A program made the position numbers and the translations under genes. 64,000 bases of DNA. Origin: Phoronis australis. Its lineage: Eukaryota > Animalia > Phoronida. The notes beneath the pieces are model-generated. The model did no database searches. It worked only from the letters and a program-made list of their open reading frames with translations, and was not told the DNA's origin. How positions within the stretch are numbered: position 1 is the stretch's first letter; each line of letters opens with the position of its first letter. Of this stretch, positions 60,901-64,000 are shown piece after piece. The stretch lies in contig NMRA01000313.1 in NCBI GenBank assembly GCA_002633005.1, positions 329,339 to 393,338 of the forward strand, given 5' to 3'.

Positions 60901-63423
60901 AATTGATTGAGATATTAGCTAAGTATATTTTTTACAAAACTTTTTTCTGTGCTTACAATGAGATTGTGTTTTCATTTCAGAACCTTATCACCCAGTATCG
61001 AGCACGTATATTAGATGGTCAAAGGTTACTAGGTACTGGAGTTGGGCTGATTACCCCCAATGGTGTTGGTAACCCCAGCGACGCACTGCAGAAGATGTAC
61101 ACTGAAAATGTAAGAAACGAGGCATGTTGAATAAATCTTTACCATAAGAATACTGTCTGCCCTGTTCGCGTTTATATATACGTGAAGCTGTGCCAATATC
61201 TCAAATCTGGTTCATGTGTCTTTCTGTAAATAATCATTGGGTAAATTGAGAAGCGATAGTGTGTGAATCAAACTAGACTTTTTTGTTACAAAATGACATT
61301 TAGTGTAGATAAGTATAGTATGGACAGAATGTACAAGCGTTTGAGGTGTACATGTCACTTGTCTGTTTGCTTGGCAACAGATGCAGCTGAAGGACAAGAG
61401 TGAACGTCTGTTCAACAGAATGGAACAGATGCAGGGTCGCTATGGACATCTGGCTAATAGTAAAACAGACATCTCGGCTCAACTACTGGCAGCTGAGGAG
61501 GAAAAATTGAAGGTGTGTGACTTTTCACTGTTTTTATGTTATTTCAATTCTTATATTTAATTAACAAAGCGTGCACACACTTTGGATTACAGGTTATTAT
61601 ATACATTTCTTTTGGTCTTTTTATGTTTTTTCTTGTGCATGACGAGAATGGTGAATTTTGGAAACTTGTTCCATTTCGACATATGACTGGAAAAGCCACC
61701 TGCTGTGACGAAAGCAATTTCCTGCATTCGTTTGGTATCCTTTGGCCAATAACATGGAAATATTGTATCAATTGTCTTTCGAAATAAAGATCTTGATGTT
61801 TTGAGATCAGTTAGTAAGTGGGTATTTCATCATATATCGGTATAAAACATAATTGCTATTTGTGATATCTTTTAAAACATATCCTATTAACAGCTTTTTG
61901 GAGAACAGTCTATTAAGCATGATACTTGGAAGTTTCACATGAATCTGGTAAACCAATTCTGAGATATAGTGCTCTGAAGTTTGCCAAATTTGGACATTTT
62001 TTGAAGGTCCTGCGTAATCTTAACTACTCTGAGCACCTTAACCCTTATCCTGCTAAGCCTCTATTCAGACAACTTTCCCTGTGTGCTAAGCTAAGTAGGT
62101 CACCACTGCTGCTATGCACTGGGCTGTTATGAAGGTCACTCAGATTAATGACCTAACATTTTTAAATTGGAAATTTGAAGGGGTAATGTCAATTTTACAT
62201 AAAAGTAGTCTGCACAAAAGTTGTTCAGAATTTAATGGAGTTTTTCACCATATACATATCTTTACCATCGTCTTGCTGTGAATAATTCTATTAACTTTCA
62301 AACTGGACACTCTTTGTTTTTATCTGTTTTCGCACATGAGAACATTATAGCAGACACTCAAAAACCGTAATAAGCATTTTTAAAAGGGAATTCATGGGAT
62401 TTGCATGTTTAACAAAGCAGATTTATTGTTTGTAACATCACATCTACAAACAAGAATGTACAGTATATAACATAGGGCCTACCTCAACTTTGCACGATAA
62501 CAAATTTATGAGTGGTGCAGTCGCTTGCTAAAGTCTGTTTTGAAGTTCACCTTGACATGCAAAAACTTGAATCACGGGTGGGGACACAAAACTATTCTGT
62601 GAAAAAGTCACAAAAATATCTAGTTCTGAATGAGTTCCATCATGCGCGAATGGCGTGAGCCAAGCATCGTCGTAGGCCCGTCCAAGTTCAGCTTCAGGGA
62701 CCGGTAACTCCTCCAAAATTGCACCGAGATCCGAATCGATAGAATCTGCATTACTTGTGACTGTTGTATTAGTTTCCCAGTCACTGTCACCGTCACTTTG
62801 AGTAGCAATTCCAGCTTGTTTTCACTATCTGAGTCCATGAACACTTCCTCAAGAAACTGGTCAACAGTCATCTTACCACGTTTGGCACCAGCCAAGATAA
62901 AACTTGCGTAAACTTTCAAATATCTCAGCAACAACTCACCACAGCCATATGTTGTAAATCAGAAAAATGTACAGGAAACTATGGACTGTGGAATGCGCAT
63001 GCTCACATATATAACCAGCATACGGGGCTTTCACAATTTCTGAATGAAAAACACCAGTGTCCTGGGGTGAGTACACTCTCCTTGCGCAGTCTAGCCGTAG
63101 CTTATTATAGGCGATTGAGTACACCCGACGCATTTTAGTAGGATAATTGGCTTGTCGGCTGACCTCGCCTAGCGCAGGATAAGGGTTAATCACAATTCAC
63201 AATAGTGATAATATATTGGGAACTTCTTGGACAATTTGAAGTTTTGAGATGAAGACGGGTTATAATACTTCTTGAATATCAAAGTTATGTTAGGTCCCTC
63301 AGTATTGTTTAATCCAATATTTAAAATTTTATACAGATCTCTCAAGCACTGGTTGAAGTTCAGATTGAGAATAACAAGATACAGGAAGAGATGGAGGCTT
63401 CCAAGTTTGAGCTGACGAACAAG
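48870..63423 (+). CDS. CCDC78: Kinesin-motor-domain / CCDC78-like coiled-coil protein, 5' part (454 codons, continues beyond the last exon found): join 48870-48985, 52455-52672, 56502-56668, 57367-57510, 59749-59945, 60301-60472, 60981-61109, 61381-61512, 63337-63423
   Basis: Nine GT-AG exons join with matching phases and no stop. Kinesin motifs VVGRIRP, GYNVCTLVAGESGSGKS, YEVYNETVRDLL, SKVTQLLKEELGGNVKT, VKNYPVLN are followed by EEEKLK|ISQALVEVQIENNKIQEEMEASKFELTNK, which I recognise from memory as CCDC78-like. Confidence 0.85.
51165..51568. mobile_element. MITE with degenerate ~45-bp TIRs
   Basis: GTCCACATACAGACTT..TACCCTAAAACAAGTT vs reverse complement GTCCATAGACAGACTT..TACCCTAGAACAACTT. 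Confidence 0.6.
52455..52672 (+). CDS. Kinesin/CCDC78-like exon 2 (P-loop)
   Basis: ttgcag|(S)FQSLYRGDNNTYELYKSSLHSLLELFVSGYNVCTLVAGESGSGKSHLVAG...GIVPVILDHLFAKIAE|gtacg. Confidence 0.92.
52780..52863 (-). mobile_element. tRNA-derived SINE head / tRNA-like pseudogene, minus copy
   Basis: Reverse complement reads TAGCTGAAGTGGTAAGAGCACTAGACTGGCAATCAAGAGACCTGCGGTTCGATTCCCAG, with A and B boxes. Confidence 0.7.
53076..53158 (+). mobile_element. tRNA-derived SINE head / tRNA-like pseudogene, plus copy
   Basis: A box TAGCTCAGTGG, anticodon-like stem CTAGA-CTGGCAT-TCTAG, B box GGTTCGATTCC; T and acceptor stems do not pair properly. Confidence 0.7.
53661..53960. repeat. Minisatellite, ~18 copies of 16/17-bp unit GGTGTTGGATCAT(T)GAT
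   Basis: Direct reading; two length variants are interspersed. Confidence 0.95.
54846..56448 (-). mobile_element. Kolobok-like non-autonomous element with decayed THAP remnant
   Basis: TTAA at 54842-54845 and 56449-56452. TIR AGGAGCATGCCACCCAA vs AGAGAATGCCACCCAA. Minus-strand remnant MPLYCC.. (ATG at 56285) and RFLLPREPKMLRKWLAVVKNEK..HLRVRC. Confidence 0.7.
56502..56668 (+). CDS. Kinesin/CCDC78-like exon 3
   Basis: aatag|(E)EQSLGSLAYNQDSRVTLQMYEVYNETVRDLLQPGRGRSTDYLELDENPDKGVFVQ|gtgata. Confidence 0.92.
57013..57225 (+). mobile_element. tRNA-derived SINE (second family)
   Basis: A box TGACTCAGTGG (~57023), B box GGTTCAAATCC (57066-57076), followed by non-tRNA body and an AT-rich end. Confidence 0.6.
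57367..57510 (+). CDS. Kinesin/CCDC78-like exon 4 (switch I region)
   Basis: tttcag|GGESVSFKNSADATRTFRQAFSRRVNSTTDFGPARNHSTVIIYIDLTL|gtatgt. Confidence 0.88.
57649..59309. mobile_element. Probable Kolobok-like non-autonomous element (1.66 kb)
   Basis: TTAA-AGTCCTTCT at 57645-57657 and AGAAGGACT-TTAA at 59301-59313; only a 9-bp TIR; no coding remnant recognised. Confidence 0.55.
59749..59945 (+). CDS. Kinesin/CCDC78-like exon 5 (switch II region)
   Basis: tttcag|PSRDNPYPNKSRFTIAMLSGVEQLGDGPEYRRLRDGGQLSQPIMAVSKLASQLSREPYSNRIIDY(S)|gtgagt. Confidence 0.9.
60301..60472 (+). CDS. Kinesin/CCDC78-like exon 6
   Basis: ttccag|(S)GSKVTQLLKEELGGNVKTRVVVCLKP...VKNYPVLNDCWAQ|gtcagt. Confidence 0.92.
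60981..61109 (+). CDS. Kinesin/CCDC78-like exon 7 (neck region)
   Basis: tttcag|NLITQYRARILDGQRLL...DALQKMYTEN|gtaaga. Confidence 0.88.
61381..61512 (+). CDS. Kinesin/CCDC78-like exon 8 (coiled coil)
   Basis: caacag|MQLKDKSERLFNRMEQMQGRYGHLANSKTDISAQLLAAEEEKLK|gtgtgt. Confidence 0.9.
62042..63185 (-). mobile_element. Internally deleted piggyBac-type transposon (1144 bp)
   Basis: TTAA at 62038-62041 and 63186-63189; perfect 12-bp TIR CCCTTATCCTGC; minus-strand remnant of an acidic transposase-like N-terminus (KRGKMTVDQFLEEVFMDSDSE). Confidence 0.85.
63337..63423 (+). CDS. Kinesin/CCDC78-like exon 9 (CCDC78/DUF4472-like segment)
   Basis: atacag|ISQALVEVQIENNKIQEEMEASKFELTNK|gtaagc; in phase with exon 8; absent from the ORF track. 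Confidence 0.88.
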
Positions 63424-64000
63424 GTAAGCAGACGACATTGTATGCATAGAATTTAAGCCTGCTATAAATTAGTTACAATTTAATACAAAATATCAGGAAT
63501 AGAAAACACCTAGTGTCTTTGAAAATGTTGTCAATTTTCATTTTTTGTCAGTTTAGTAGCTTAGTTGAAGTTGTTTCAACTCAATTGTAATGAGACCAAG
63601 TGATATTCAATGGTTCAGAAAAACAGAAAATAATGCAGTCTTTCTGTAGTTGCAGAATTTGTGTTCATAGTTTAATCCTTTGATGCCAAATGAGAGCATG
63701 TAATTAAGTATTACCAGGAAGAGATAACCAGGAAGGGACAACTGTTTTAGCGCATTTTAACGTGATTTCAAACGTGATTTCAAAAGTAAATGTTCAAGTT
63801 ATCTGGAATCCAAACATTATTTTTGAAAGATTAACTCTTTAGCTATAAAATGACACCACTTTGGTCCTCAAAGACTGCATATTACTGGCACTGGGATGCT
63901 TTGAACGTGACATGTTTACCCTTCCAAAAGATGCTTCTTCCCAGGCATGTACTCGGGCATGAGCCTCTTTTTTGAACCAACAGATGTCACTAACATATGC

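Overview
Intron-rich, AT-rich metazoan (probably marine invertebrate) genomic DNA; no prokaryotic features. Four protein-coding genes can be assembled by hand. (1) A Di-Ras (DIRAS) small GTPase with an intronless CDS (+, 14897-15496). (2, 3) Two tandem five-exon alpha-tubulin genes on the minus strand (19421-31638 and 34046-43093). Copy A lacks Lys40, has a 2-aa insertion in that loop and uses a GC-AG intron; the two copies share an apparent gene-conversion tract. (4) The 5' part of a divergently transcribed gene (+, 48870 to beyond 63423) that joins a kinesin motor domain with an intact P-loop but degenerate switch I/II motifs to a CCDC78-like coiled coil. Introns and intergenic DNA hold many non-autonomous DNA transposons (Kolobok-like THAP elements with TTAA duplications, a piggyBac derivative, hAT-like and Harbinger-like MITEs), tRNA-derived SINE-like repeats and a 16/17-bp minisatellite. 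All calls come from manual reading; no database searches were run.
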